Shown: positions 18,686 through 28,983 of the stretch, piece after piece | Numbering within the stretch: position 1 is the stretch's first letter | Layout of the letters: the number at the start of each line of letters is the position of its first letter | DNA from: a bacterium | GTDB lineage: Bacteria; UBA10199; 2-02-FULL-50-16; JAJFLM01 | Length of the DNA: 64,000 bases | Assembly: GCA_965216315.1 (NCBI GenBank) | Contig: CBDCFN010000016.1 | Coordinates: 384,001-448,000, forward strand | Direction: 5' to 3' | Notes under the pieces: generated by a model | Database searches by the model: none | Told to the model about the DNA's origin: nothing | What the model saw: the letters and a program-made list of their open reading frames with translations, nothing else | Made by a program: the position numbers and the translations under genes

Positions 18686-19990
18686 ATGATGAAGACGGCC
18701 GTTGAAAAGTTGCACAGTCGGGAAGCGAAGGTAGCTGTTATTGGTATGGGCTATGTCGGGTTGCCCTTAGCAGTAGAAATTGCAAGTGCTGGGTTTGTGA
18801 CTACGGGAATTGACCTGGTGACAGATAAAATTAAGTCAATCAATGCTGGGGTTAACTATATTAAGGACGTCGACGATGTCACTTTGAGAAATTTAGTGGC
18901 TGACGGAAAGCTACGAGCGTCTAGCGATTTTTCATTATTAAGTGATTTTGATTATATTGCGATTGCCGTTCCAACTCCTCTAGGGAAAGGGAAAATACCG
19001 GATATTTCATTTGTCGCCTCAGCCGTTGGAGAAGTGAGTCAGCATCTTAGGAAGGGACAAGTCATTATCTTGGAGTCGACAACATATCCGGGCACAACGG
19101 AGGAAGTTGTATTGCCTTTATTGGAGGAATCCGGTCTCAAGGTAGGCGAGGATTTTCATTTAGCTTATTCTCCAGAGCGGGTCGATCCTGGCAATAAGTC
19201 TTACGGTCTTAAGAATACGCCTAAAGTTATTGGGGGAGTCACTCCTAATTGCACCGAAGCGGCGCAGTCACTTTATGCAACATTTGTTGATCACCTTGTA
19301 CCTGTGAGTTCGACGAGAGCAGCAGAGATGGTAAAAATATTAGAGAACACCTTTAGGGCGATCAATATCGGTCTTGCTAATGAAGTAGCTATTATTTGCA
19401 ATCACCTTGATATTGATACATGGGAAGTTATTGATGCAGCGGCTTCAAAGCCTTTTGGCTTCATGCCTTTTTACCCCGGCCCGGGGCTAGGGGGACACTG
19501 TATTCCTGTTGATCCACATTACCTCGTTTGGAAGCTTAAATCGTTAGATTATAATCCACGATTTATTCAGTTGGCAGATGAAGTTAACTCTTCAATGCCC
19601 AAATTGGTTGTCGATAAGATCTCGCATGCCTTAAATTTTGCAGGTAAGCCGCTTAAGGATTCAAAAATTCTCGTATTAGGAGTCGCGTATAAACCAGATG
19701 TAGACGACTACAGAGAATCACCATCATTAGACGTCATACAATTGCTTCAAAAATCTGGAGCTATTGTATCGTATCATGATCCTCATGTGCCAAGCTTGAA
19801 GGTAAGTGGGATTAATCTTGAGTCATGTCCGATTAACGGAACTTTGTCGGATTATGATTGTGTCGTGCTGCTCACGCAGCATTCCGTGTTTAAAATGGAG
19901 GAGATAGTTATGAAGTCCCAGTTATTAGTGGATACGCGCAATGCGACGAGAGATATTAGAGGGCATTCTTCCAAGATTGTTAAATTATAA
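18686..19990 (+). CDS. UDP-N-acetylhexosamine 6-dehydrogenase (WbpA-like)
   Basis: [30 protein letters not shown], catalytic GGHCIPVDP and DYRESP. Confidence 0.9.
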   Translation: MMKTAVEKLHSREAKVAVIGMGYVGLPLAVEIASAGFVTTGIDLVTDKIKSINAGVNYIKDVDDVTLRNLVADGKLRASSDFSLLSDFDYIAIAVPTPLGKGKIPDISFVASAVGEVSQHLRKGQVIILESTTYPGTTEEVVLPLLEESGLKVGEDFHLAYSPERVDPGNKSYGLKNTPKVIGGVTPNCTEAAQSLYATFVDHLVPVSSTRAAEMVKILENTFRAINIGLANEVAIICNHLDIDTWEVIDAAASKPFGFMPFYPGPGLGGHCIPVDPHYLVWKLKSLDYNPRFIQLADEVNSSMPKLVVDKISHALNFAGKPLKDSKILVLGVAYKPDVDDYRESPSLDVIQLLQKSGAIVSYHDPHVPSLKVSGINLESCPINGTLSDYDCVVLLTQHSVFKMEEIVMKSQLLVDTRNATRDIRGHSSKIVKL

Positions 19991-20016
19991 TATTTAGGAA
20001 TGGAGAGGCTAAAAAA

Positions 20017-21648
20017 GTGCCAGATAATAAATCAGTAAAAAAGAACATTGCTGTCGTGGGCGCGGGGTACTGGGGTAAGAACTTGATTCGTAACTTCAGT
20101 GTATTATCGGCTTTAGGGGCTATATGTGATTCCAATAGAGAAAGCTTGGCGGAGTGGAAAAAAAAATATCCGAATTGTGAATTCTTCAGTTCGTTTGATG
20201 AAGTGCTAGAGCAAAAAAATATTGAAGGGGTTGTCATTGCAACACCCGCTGAAACCCATGCAGGCCTTGTTGAAAAAGCTCTAAATGCAAACAAAGATGT
20301 CCTGGTGGAAAAGCCGCTCTGTCTTGATGTTTCTGAAGGAGAGCGCCTTATCGCGCTGGCACGACAGAAAAATCGTATTCTTATGGTTGGACACTTGCTT
20401 TGGTATCACCCTGCTGTGTTGAAGTTGAAAGAACTGTTGAAGTCCGGAGAGCTAGGACGCATCCAGTATATTTATTCAAATCGATTAAACTTGGGAAAAA
20501 TTCGTCGAGAAGAGAATATTCTTTGGTCGTTTGCGCCACATGATCTTTCGGTTATTCTAGGTCTTTTAAATGAGATGCCTGACTCTGTACAGGCACAAGG
20601 AGGGAACTATCTGCATCAACAAATTGCAGATGTAACAGTGAGTATGCTTTCTTTTCCCAGTGGCGTCAAGGCTCACATATTCGTTTCTTGGCTTCATCCC
20701 TTCAAGGAGCAGAAGCTAGTTGTCGTTGGGGACCGCCAAATGGCTGTTTTTAATGATGTGGAGAAGGAGAATAAGCTCTTGCTGTTCCCTCACACGATAG
20801 ATTGGAAAAATCAAATACCTGTGGCTAAGAAAGAAGAAGCGCGGCCAATTCAGATCGACGATTATGAACCATTGCGTGCCGAATGCTCCCATTTTCTCGA
20901 TTGCGTCGCAACTCGTCAGGCCCCGCGGACGGACGGCGAAGAGGGGATACGCGTTCTAAAAGTTCTTCATCAGTGTCAACAAGCGCTTGAGCTTGTGCAG
21001 AGGAGTGGGGATGCACAGTCTTCTTCTCCCGATTATTTTGTTCACGAATCAGCTTGGATTGATGAAGGTGTCGAAATTGGAGCGGGTAGTAAAATATGGC
21101 ATACGAGTCATATCTTAACGGGATCAAAGCTGGGGAAAAAATGTAATGTGGGTCAAAATGTTGTCATTGGGCCCCGCGTTTCGATCGGGGATGGCGTAAA
21201 GATACAGAATAATGTCTCAGTTTATCAGGGCGTGACTCTAGAAGATGGAGTTTTCTGTGGTCCGTCAATGGTCTTTACGAACATTATGAACCCAAGAAGT
21301 GAAATACCCCGAATGGATCAGGTGAAACCAACTTTAGTGAAGCGCGGAGCAACACTGGGGGCTAATTCAACGATTGTGTGCGGCGTGACAATTGGTCGAT
21401 ATGCTTTTGTTGGAGCCGGAGCTGTCGTTACTAAAGATATTCCGGACAATGCCTTGGTTATGGGTAACCCGGCGCGTATTACAGGTTGGATGTGTGCGTG
21501 CGGTGTTAAGCTTGATAAAGGCTCAGATGACATTTTTTCTTGTCCAGATTGCAAAGACACATATCAAATAAATAGCGATGGCTTTTTAATGCATTCAGGG
21601 CCCGATGATGTGAGCCTGAGTGAAGATAAAGTCGCAATATCTAACTAA
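20017..21648 (+). CDS. Fusion of Gfo/Idh/MocA 3-oxidase (WbpB-like) and hexapeptide N-acetyltransferase (WbpD-like)
   Basis: N-terminal GAGYWG, EKP and SFAPHD. C-terminal left-handed beta-helix with [21 protein letters not shown] and GNPAR..GW.C.CG. Confidence 0.9.
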   Translation: MPDNKSVKKNIAVVGAGYWGKNLIRNFSVLSALGAICDSNRESLAEWKKKYPNCEFFSSFDEVLEQKNIEGVVIATPAETHAGLVEKALNANKDVLVEKPLCLDVSEGERLIALARQKNRILMVGHLLWYHPAVLKLKELLKSGELGRIQYIYSNRLNLGKIRREENILWSFAPHDLSVILGLLNEMPDSVQAQGGNYLHQQIADVTVSMLSFPSGVKAHIFVSWLHPFKEQKLVVVGDRQMAVFNDVEKENKLLLFPHTIDWKNQIPVAKKEEARPIQIDDYEPLRAECSHFLDCVATRQAPRTDGEEGIRVLKVLHQCQQALELVQRSGDAQSSSPDYFVHESAWIDEGVEIGAGSKIWHTSHILTGSKLGKKCNVGQNVVIGPRVSIGDGVKIQNNVSVYQGVTLEDGVFCGPSMVFTNIMNPRSEIPRMDQVKPTLVKRGATLGANSTIVCGVTIGRYAFVGAGAVVTKDIPDNALVMGNPARITGWMCACGVKLDKGSDDIFSCPDCKDTYQINSDGFLMHSGPDDVSLSEDKVAISN

Positions 21649-21670
21649 CTTAACAGAAAACAGGAATAAA

Positions 21671-22810
21671 ATGAAAGTCCCACTTCTTGATTTGAAGGCT
21701 CAGCACGATCCTATCCGTAGTGAGATAAGTGCAGCCATTGAAAAGGTATTAGATAGCAACATTTATATCTTAGGCCCAGAAGTTAAAAGGCTGGAACAGC
21801 GGGTAGCTGATTATAGTGGAGCTCAACACGGTATCGGGGTTTCTTCCGGAACAGATGCCTTGCTAGTAGCATTGATGGCACTAGACTTAGAGCCCGGAGA
21901 TGAAGTTATCACGACAGACTACTCTTTTTTTGCAACTGCGGGTGCCATTGCGCGCGTGGGTGCTAAGCCCGTTTTTGTTGATATTGATCCAGCTACATAT
22001 AATTTGGACCCCAATAAAATTGAAGCGGCGATTACAAGTAAAACCAGAGCGATTATAGTTGTTCATTTGTTCGGCCAGTGTGCGGATATGGCTCCAATCA
22101 TAGAAATTGGTAGGCGCCATAATTTAAAGATTATTGAAGATGCGGCTCAGGCAATTGGTGTTGATTATAGTGATGGGCGTCGCGCGGGGAGTATAGGTGA
22201 TATAGGTTGTTTTTCATTTTTCCCTAGTAAGAACCTAGGTGCGTTGGGCGATGGCGGAATGGTTGTAACGAGCGATGATGCGTTAGCTGAAAAAATGACT
22301 ATTTTAAGGGCTCATGGGGGCAAGCCAAAGTATCATCACAAAATTATTGGGGGCAATTTCCGATTAGACGCCATTCAAGCGGCAGTGTTGAATGTTAAGC
22401 TAGGTGAATTAGACAAGTGGACAAAGCAACGACAGGAAAATGCAGATGCTTATGTGGAGTTATTTAAACAGAGCGATTTATTGGAAAAGACAGAATTACG
22501 TCTTCCAGCTGCAGTGTATGAGCGGTCAGGCCATCAACATCACCATATTTATAATCAGTTCATAATTCGTATTAAAGAGAGAGATGCGCTTAGAGATTTT
22601 TTGAAATCGCATGAAATTGGGTCAGAAGTTTATTACCCGATTCCATTTCATTTGCAGGAATGTTTTCAAGGCCTTGGTTATCATACTGAAGATTTCCCTT
22701 TGTCCCGACAGGCTGCACAGGAGAGTTTAGCCTTGCCTGTGTACCCAGGGCTTACTCGTGACATGCAACAGTATGTCATCGAAGTAATTCACGAATTTTA
22801 CAGAAAATGA
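21671..22810 (+). CDS. DegT/DnrJ/EryC1/StrS aminotransferase (WbpE-like)
   Basis: SGTDAL, VHLFGQ, EDAAQA and SFFPSKNLG..GDGG (PLP lysine). Confidence 0.93.
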   Translation: MKVPLLDLKAQHDPIRSEISAAIEKVLDSNIYILGPEVKRLEQRVADYSGAQHGIGVSSGTDALLVALMALDLEPGDEVITTDYSFFATAGAIARVGAKPVFVDIDPATYNLDPNKIEAAITSKTRAIIVVHLFGQCADMAPIIEIGRRHNLKIIEDAAQAIGVDYSDGRRAGSIGDIGCFSFFPSKNLGALGDGGMVVTSDDALAEKMTILRAHGGKPKYHHKIIGGNFRLDAIQAAVLNVKLGELDKWTKQRQENADAYVELFKQSDLLEKTELRLPAAVYERSGHQHHHIYNQFIIRIKERDALRDFLKSHEIGSEVYYPIPFHLQECFQGLGYHTEDFPLSRQAAQESLALPVYPGLTRDMQQYVIEVIHEFYRK

Positions 22811-23952
22811 AGTTAGCTACGATAGTTGGTGCTCGTCCTCAATTTGTAAAAGCGGCGATGGTCTCGCGCGCAATTCGTGAGTATAATGACAACTGTGAGG
22901 CAAGTCTTCGGCTGGAGGAGCTACTGATCCATACAGGTCAGCATTACGACTTTGAAATGAGCCAGGTATTTTTTGATCAACTTGATTTGCCAAGTCCGTA
23001 TATTCACCTCGGTATTGGCTCGGGAACGCACGGAGAGCAGACTGCAAGTATGCTTTCGTCTCTGGAACAGGCACTGATTGAGGCAAGTCCTGATGCTGTC
23101 TTGGTTTACGGGGATACAAACTCGACACTTGCAGGGGCATTGGCGGCCGCAAAGCTTAATATCCCCATAGGGCATGTTGAGGGCGGAATGCGTTCTTTTA
23201 ACCGCAAAATGCCTGAGGAAATCAATCGCGTTTTAACGGACCATGTAGCCAATTGGCATTTTTGTGCGACGCAAACAGCCATTAATAATCTCCTTGCTGA
23301 AGGCGTTAATGAAAATGTTCTGTTGGTTGGTGACGTTATGCTTGAGGCCGTGAATTTGTATCAAACTATAGCCGAAAAGAAATCTAATATACTATCAAGG
23401 CTAGCGCTTTATGATTCGCGAACAGAAAAAGTGAAACCGTTTGGCCTTGTGACGCTTCATAGGGCGGAGAATGTTGATGATGATAAACGTATTGGAAGCA
23501 TTCTAGACGCACTTATAAAAGTTTCGAAAGATATCGAACTAGTATTCACGATTCACCCCAGGACGAGAAAAGCTATGGAAACTCATCGACTAAAAGACAA
23601 CTTAGATGTTGCTGCATCAAGTGGGCGTATTAAGCTGATAGATCCTCTTCCCTATCTGGATATGATCCGTCTAGAGGAAGCCGCGGAGTTGATATTTACT
23701 GATTCAGGCGGTGTTCAAAAAGAGGCCTATTGGCTTGGTACGCCGTGTGTAACCCTGCGTGACGAGACAGAATGGGTTGAAACTGTTGAGAGGGGTTGGA
23801 ACGCAGTTGTTGGAGCGGATTCGGAGAAAATTCTTCTGGCAGCTAGGGTGCGAAAAGGAAGTATGGATCAACCGAAGCATGTTTTAGGTAATGAGCAAGC
23901 ATCTCAGAAAATTATCTTAGCACTCGTATCTCAATTTAGGGAGGCAAAGTGA
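22807..23952 (+). CDS. wecB: Non-hydrolysing UDP-N-acetylglucosamine 2-epimerase (WecB/WbpI-like)
   Basis: GARPQFVK, HTGQHYD, GDTNST, HVEGG.RS, PEE.NR and TDSGGVQKEA. Confidence 0.9.
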   Translation: MKLATIVGARPQFVKAAMVSRAIREYNDNCEASLRLEELLIHTGQHYDFEMSQVFFDQLDLPSPYIHLGIGSGTHGEQTASMLSSLEQALIEASPDAVLVYGDTNSTLAGALAAAKLNIPIGHVEGGMRSFNRKMPEEINRVLTDHVANWHFCATQTAINNLLAEGVNENVLLVGDVMLEAVNLYQTIAEKKSNILSRLALYDSRTEKVKPFGLVTLHRAENVDDDKRIGSILDALIKVSKDIELVFTIHPRTRKAMETHRLKDNLDVAASSGRIKLIDPLPYLDMIRLEEAAELIFTDSGGVQKEAYWLGTPCVTLRDETEWVETVERGWNAVVGADSEKILLAARVRKGSMDQPKHVLGNEQASQKIILALVSQFREAK

Positions 23953-25265
23953 GGATTGCAATCATAGGTTCTGGTTATGTGGGGCTTGTCAGTGGAGCGT
24001 GCCTGGCTGAGCTAGGCCATCGAGTGATGTGTGTCGATGTTGATAAGAGTAAAATAGATCTTCTAAATACTGGTGCTTGTCCTATTTATGAGCCCCGGCT
24101 CGAAGATTTACTGAAGGATAATATTGGCAGAGAGCAGATTTCTTTTACGACAGACATGAAAAAGGCCATTGCCGAGGCAGAAGTCGTATTTATCGCGGTT
24201 GGTACGCCCAGCTGTCGTCGGGGAAGCGGTTATGCTGACATGAGATATGTATATGAAGCGGCTCGATCTGTGGCCCCTCATCTTAACGATTACAAGGTGA
24301 TCGTTAATAAGTCGACAGTTCCCGTGGGTTCGGCGCGACAAGTGGAACGGATAATCCGTGAAGTGAATCCAAACGCGACATTTGACGTCGCTTCAAATCC
24401 AGAATTTCTAAGAGAAGGTGCAGCCGTCCATGATTTTATGCATCCAGACCGAGTTGTTATTGGAGTCGAGTCCCAACGAGCACGGGACGTGCTTAAGAGA
24501 GTCTATGAACCACTCTATTTATTGGGGACTCCATGTGTTGTAACTGATCTGGAGACGGCTGAATTGACGAAGTACGCTTCCAACGCTTTCTTGGCGACGA
24601 AGATTAGTTTTATTAACGAAATGGCAAATCTTTGTGAGGCAGTCGGTGCTAATGTTCAGGATGTGGCCAAAGGAATGGGTTTGGATGGAAGAATTGGGCA
24701 GAAGTTTTTGCATGCAGGACCGGGATATGGCGGATCTTGTTTTCCTAAGGACACAATGGCCTTATTAAGGATTGCTCAAGAGAAGAGTGTGCCCTGTAGA
24801 ATTGCTGAAGCGGTCGTAGAAGTTAATAATGCTCAAAAGGCTCGAATGGTAGGCAAAATTCTTCATGCGATGGGCAATAAAACTTCTGGAAAGACGTTAG
24901 CGATATTGGGGCTGACATATAAACCGGAAACGGATGACATGCGTGAGGCTCCCTCATTGACTATTATTCCCGCCCTTATTGATAAGGGTGTAAAGATTAA
25001 AGCACATGATCCTGAAGGAATGAATGAAGCAAAACAGCTGATGCCCGAGGTAGCATACTGCAATGATCCTTATAGTGCTTGTGACAGCGCTGATGCGGTC
25101 TGTCTCTTAACAGAGTGGAATCCGTACCGTGCATTAGATCTGAAGCGCATTAAGGAGTCGATGAAGCAGCCAATTTTTATCGATTTGCGAAATGTCTATA
25201 ACCCTCAATTGATGCGTGAGATGGGCTTTTACTATGAAAGTGTCGGGCGAAATAGCGTTGACTGA
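23949..25265 (+). CDS. ugd: UDP-glucose 6-dehydrogenase
   Basis: GSGYVGL, KSTVPVG, SNPEFLREG, GYGGSCFPKD and KPETDD.R. Confidence 0.93.
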   Translation: MRIAIIGSGYVGLVSGACLAELGHRVMCVDVDKSKIDLLNTGACPIYEPRLEDLLKDNIGREQISFTTDMKKAIAEAEVVFIAVGTPSCRRGSGYADMRYVYEAARSVAPHLNDYKVIVNKSTVPVGSARQVERIIREVNPNATFDVASNPEFLREGAAVHDFMHPDRVVIGVESQRARDVLKRVYEPLYLLGTPCVVTDLETAELTKYASNAFLATKISFINEMANLCEAVGANVQDVAKGMGLDGRIGQKFLHAGPGYGGSCFPKDTMALLRIAQEKSVPCRIAEAVVEVNNAQKARMVGKILHAMGNKTSGKTLAILGLTYKPETDDMREAPSLTIIPALIDKGVKIKAHDPEGMNEAKQLMPEVAYCNDPYSACDSADAVCLLTEWNPYRALDLKRIKESMKQPIFIDLRNVYNPQLMREMGFYYESVGRNSVD

Positions 25266-26241
25266 CCAGACAATACTCGTCACAGGTGCCGCAGGATTCA
25301 TCGGGTTTCATGTCTCCAATGAGTTATTGAAGCAGGGTGTGCGTGTTGTTGGAGTAGATAATTTAAACGATTATTATGATGTGACTTTAAAGGAGGCCAG
25401 GCTCGCTAGATTAAAAGGCTCAGTAGGTTTTGAATTTAATAAATTAGATATTGCTAATTCTGATGATGTTACCGAGCTTTTCTCGAATCATTCATTCACG
25501 GCGGTAGTTCATTTAGCTGCCCAAGCAGGTGTTCGCTATTCTCTCAAGAATCCTCAAGCATACATCGACAGCAATCTAGGCGGGTTTGCAAATATATTAG
25601 AGGCGTGTCGAAACAGTGAAGTGAAGCACCTCGTATTCGCTTCTTCGAGTTCTGTGTATGGTGCGAATGAACGTATGCCGTTTTCGGAGCGTGATAGAAC
25701 TGATTGGCCGATCAGTTTATACGGAGCGACAAAAAAAGCAAATGAAGTAATGGCGCATTCTTATGCCTATCTTTATGGGCTTCCTTGTACAGGGTTGCGA
25801 TTTTTTACGGTCTACGGTCCCTGGGGACGTCCCGATATGGCTTATTTTAAGTTTACAAAGGCGATTTTGGAAAGGCAGCAGATAGACTTATACAATCATG
25901 GCAAGATGAAGCGAGATTTTACTTATGTAGATGATGTAACGGAAGGAGTCGTGCGAGCCCTTAAAAAGGTTCCTCAAAGAGATCACGTCACTAGTGCCCC
26001 CTGTGCAATTTATAATGTAGGAAGCAGTAAGCCCGTTGCGTTGCTTGATTTTGTAAAGTCATTAGAAAAGTTGATTGGTAAGGAGGCTGTAGTGAGAATG
26101 CAGGATAGGCAAGTCGGTGATATGTTGGAGACATATTGTGATGGGGAAGATTTCTTGGCTGCGACGGGTTGGAAGCCGTCAACGTCAATAGATAAAGGTC
26201 TCCAGTACTTCGTGAACTGGTATCGAGAGTATTATAAATAG
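25258..26241 (+). CDS. UDP-glucuronate 4-epimerase-like SDR
   Basis: TGAAGFIG, HLAAQAGVRYS, ASSSSVYG, YGATK and LRFFTVYGPWGRPDMA. Start uncertain (25234 or 25258). Confidence 0.9.
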   Translation: MTDQTILVTGAAGFIGFHVSNELLKQGVRVVGVDNLNDYYDVTLKEARLARLKGSVGFEFNKLDIANSDDVTELFSNHSFTAVVHLAAQAGVRYSLKNPQAYIDSNLGGFANILEACRNSEVKHLVFASSSSVYGANERMPFSERDRTDWPISLYGATKKANEVMAHSYAYLYGLPCTGLRFFTVYGPWGRPDMAYFKFTKAILERQQIDLYNHGKMKRDFTYVDDVTEGVVRALKKVPQRDHVTSAPCAIYNVGSSKPVALLDFVKSLEKLIGKEAVVRMQDRQVGDMLETYCDGEDFLAATGWKPSTSIDKGLQYFVNWYREYYK

Positions 26242-26252
26242 GGTATGGAGTC

Positions 26253-27938
26253 ATGGTAAGATCACTAAAGAGCCTAATAGTAGTTATAATGATTTGCGGT
26301 TGTAGTAAGGGGGTACAACTAGAATACAATCCTGCGCTTACGTTCGATCAAGATGTATATCAGCGCTCTGAACCTCCAGAGTCTGAAGAGATCATTTCTG
26401 ATAGGTTGGTCATGCCTCCAGTTGATTGGAAAAACAATCATTCTGCAACTCTTGTGGATGAAGAGGGTATACAGGAACAAATTGAAGGCGTCGTTTATGT
26501 AACGGAGACTCAAGCGGGAAAAACAAAATTTTCAGGCTGGAGTGTTTACCCCGTTTTATCCGTTATTAACACGGCGTATCTGGTTACTGGGAGTTCAAGC
26601 TATTTGGAGCGATTCGTTGAACTATTCCAATATTTTCTTAGTGTTCGAATGGATAAACAGGGAAGAGTTAGTTTTGCCGGTGATATCAAGGCGCAATGGG
26701 AGCGTCAGGATAACTATAATATATTTTCAGTAAGTCCTTACAAAGACTACAGCGCTGTTGATCAAGATACGCTGATGAACGAGAGAGGATGGTATAGTCT
26801 GTATTTTTCTGATGTGAACTATAGTGGTCTCTTTGTAGATCAGATGCTGCGTTTCGTGCAAATTGTGAAAGAGAATAATCTTGATCAATATATGGATGTT
26901 GCAGAGCAGATGATTTTAGAGTCTGTCAAGGTTATTGAGTCTCACAAAGCTGATTGGGTACCGATAAGTTCTGATGAGGGATATTATATTTTTCCAAAGG
27001 GGTGTCCTTTTTTTCTCGATGGGGTTGAGATGCCTATCAATGAGGCGGCTATTTTTGGCTCGGCTCTTGTGCGTCTGTATTTGATTACAAATAACGATAA
27101 GTGGTTGGACCGAGCAAAAGCAATGTGGACACATTGGAAGAAGGCCTTTGCTCTCGATGAGTATGGCTATATTACCTATCCTTATGTGTTGGGTGATTGG
27201 TATGAAGGCTGGACTGAACAGGATACTGTGAGCGTAAACTCTCCTAGTGCACCGCCAAATACACAGCATGAAACTTTCCATAAAGCCGCCTTAACTATTA
27301 ATTTCATGATTCTTCTAGAGCGTGCTTTGCCGGGTAGTACATTTGATTATTTAGTTGAATTTAAGAAACTTATTCTAGCAGCTCAGTCGATGGGGGGAAC
27401 TGTCATATCTCAGTACCCTTCTATGCTAGGCTTCGGGTGGCCATTAAATACTTTCCATGCACTGCCTCCCTATTACGCGGAAGGTTGGGTTGCACTAATG
27501 CACGACAATGAATTTTTTCAAGAGGGTATCCATCGCTACTGGTGGGTACAGCAGCGGAATAATGAAATCAGGACAAATCTAAACTATGGGAAATTGCTAG
27601 GAGCTGGTCCTCAAACTATAGAAACGAATAATGCGACTATATATCCGGACTTATTTGAGGATGAGGTGGGGGATTGCCAGATTTTTGAACTGCGGTCCTC
27701 TGTGGCTAAGATGACATTCGCTCATTCAACCCCAAAACATAGGACGCTCTACCTGTATGTGAATAAATCATTAAGTGAGCGAGTGCGCCTCGACATAAAT
27801 GTTGATGAAGGCACGTTTTCATCTATTATATATGTTCCCGCAGAAAGATGTATTTTATTGAGCTGGTTGCCAGAAGATGAGCATGGATACCCATTAACGG
27901 AGGAAGAGAACGTATTACAGTTGATGCATGCTTATTAG
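26253..27938 (+). CDS. Hypothetical lipoprotein, possibly an alpha/alpha-toroid glycan-modifying enzyme
   Basis: Lipobox ICGC and helical motif N.....G.ALVRLY..T.....LDRA. Co-oriented inside the glycan operon. Confidence 0.6.
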   Translation: MVRSLKSLIVVIMICGCSKGVQLEYNPALTFDQDVYQRSEPPESEEIISDRLVMPPVDWKNNHSATLVDEEGIQEQIEGVVYVTETQAGKTKFSGWSVYPVLSVINTAYLVTGSSSYLERFVELFQYFLSVRMDKQGRVSFAGDIKAQWERQDNYNIFSVSPYKDYSAVDQDTLMNERGWYSLYFSDVNYSGLFVDQMLRFVQIVKENNLDQYMDVAEQMILESVKVIESHKADWVPISSDEGYYIFPKGCPFFLDGVEMPINEAAIFGSALVRLYLITNNDKWLDRAKAMWTHWKKAFALDEYGYITYPYVLGDWYEGWTEQDTVSVNSPSAPPNTQHETFHKAALTINFMILLERALPGSTFDYLVEFKKLILAAQSMGGTVISQYPSMLGFGWPLNTFHALPPYYAEGWVALMHDNEFFQEGIHRYWWVQQRNNEIRTNLNYGKLLGAGPQTIETNNATIYPDLFEDEVGDCQIFELRSSVAKMTFAHSTPKHRTLYLYVNKSLSERVRLDINVDEGTFSSIIYVPAERCILLSWLPEDEHGYPLTEEENVLQLMHAY

Positions 27939-27941
27939 ATT

Positions 27942-28925
27942 ATGAAACTTAAAGGAAAAAAAATACTTGTCATTGGCGGGGCCGGTTTTATTGGAAGTCA
28001 CGTAGTGGACCAGCTGGTTCAAACAGATGTCGCTGAAATCATTATTTATGATGATTTTTCCAGGGGGTCGATGAGTAATTTAGAACAGGCACTGCAAGAT
28101 CCACGCGTTAAGATATTCCCTCACGGCGGGAACATACTGCATGCAGATATCCTCGATAAAGCGATGGAGGGGGTCGACGGAGTTTTTCATCTAGCAGCTT
28201 TGTGGATTTTGCACTGTTACGATTATCCGAGGTCGGCCTTTGAAGTGAACATACGGGGTACATTCAATGTGATCGAGGCCTGCGTCAAGCATAACGTCGA
28301 ACGTGTTGTGTATTCCTCATCAGCTTCGGTCTATGGCGACGCACTCGAAATTCCAATGACGGAGGAACACGTTTATAATAACGAAACGTTTTACGGTGCG
28401 ACGAAGATTGCCGGTGAGCATATGTTTAAGTCTCTGGGTAAACGTTATGGGCTGAATTGGGTCGGTCTCAGGTATATGAATGTCTATGGGCCACGACAAG
28501 ACTACAAGGGTGCCTATACGGCAGTAATGATGAAGATATTAGATAGGCTTGATAGAGGCGAAGCGCCCATTGTGTATGGGGATGGTTCTCAGCAGTATGA
28601 TTTTGTCAGTGTCGAAGATACAGCAAGAGCGAACATTGCTGCGCTGAAAGCGTCAACTAGTGGTGAGTGTTATAATGTTGGTCGGGGCATTGGAACATCT
28701 ATCAAGGAGCTATCTGAATTGCTTGTTGAGCTTCATGGTGAAACTAAGGAAATTCAATATGAAGATGCGGGGCTTACGTTTGTTACCAATAGGATTGGAT
28801 CAATTGAAAAGGCACAGAAAGACTTAGATTTTCTATGGAAAGATGACTTGAGAGACGGCCTGGATCGACTTATGAGTTGGCGTAAAGCTACAATAGTAAA
28901 TGAGCAGTGCGATCGCGCTGAGTGA
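27942..28925 (+). CDS. NAD-dependent epimerase/dehydratase (extended SDR)
   Basis: GGAGFIG, HLAA, SSSASVYG, YGATK and RYMNVYGPRQ. Confidence 0.92.
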   Translation: MKLKGKKILVIGGAGFIGSHVVDQLVQTDVAEIIIYDDFSRGSMSNLEQALQDPRVKIFPHGGNILHADILDKAMEGVDGVFHLAALWILHCYDYPRSAFEVNIRGTFNVIEACVKHNVERVVYSSSASVYGDALEIPMTEEHVYNNETFYGATKIAGEHMFKSLGKRYGLNWVGLRYMNVYGPRQDYKGAYTAVMMKILDRLDRGEAPIVYGDGSQQYDFVSVEDTARANIAALKASTSGECYNVGRGIGTSIKELSELLVELHGETKEIQYEDAGLTFVTNRIGSIEKAQKDLDFLWKDDLRDGLDRLMSWRKATIVNEQCDRAE

Positions 28926-28983
28926 AAAAAACATCCCATTTAAATTTTTCAGCTCCTTTTTTGTTTAAAAGAATAAGAATATC

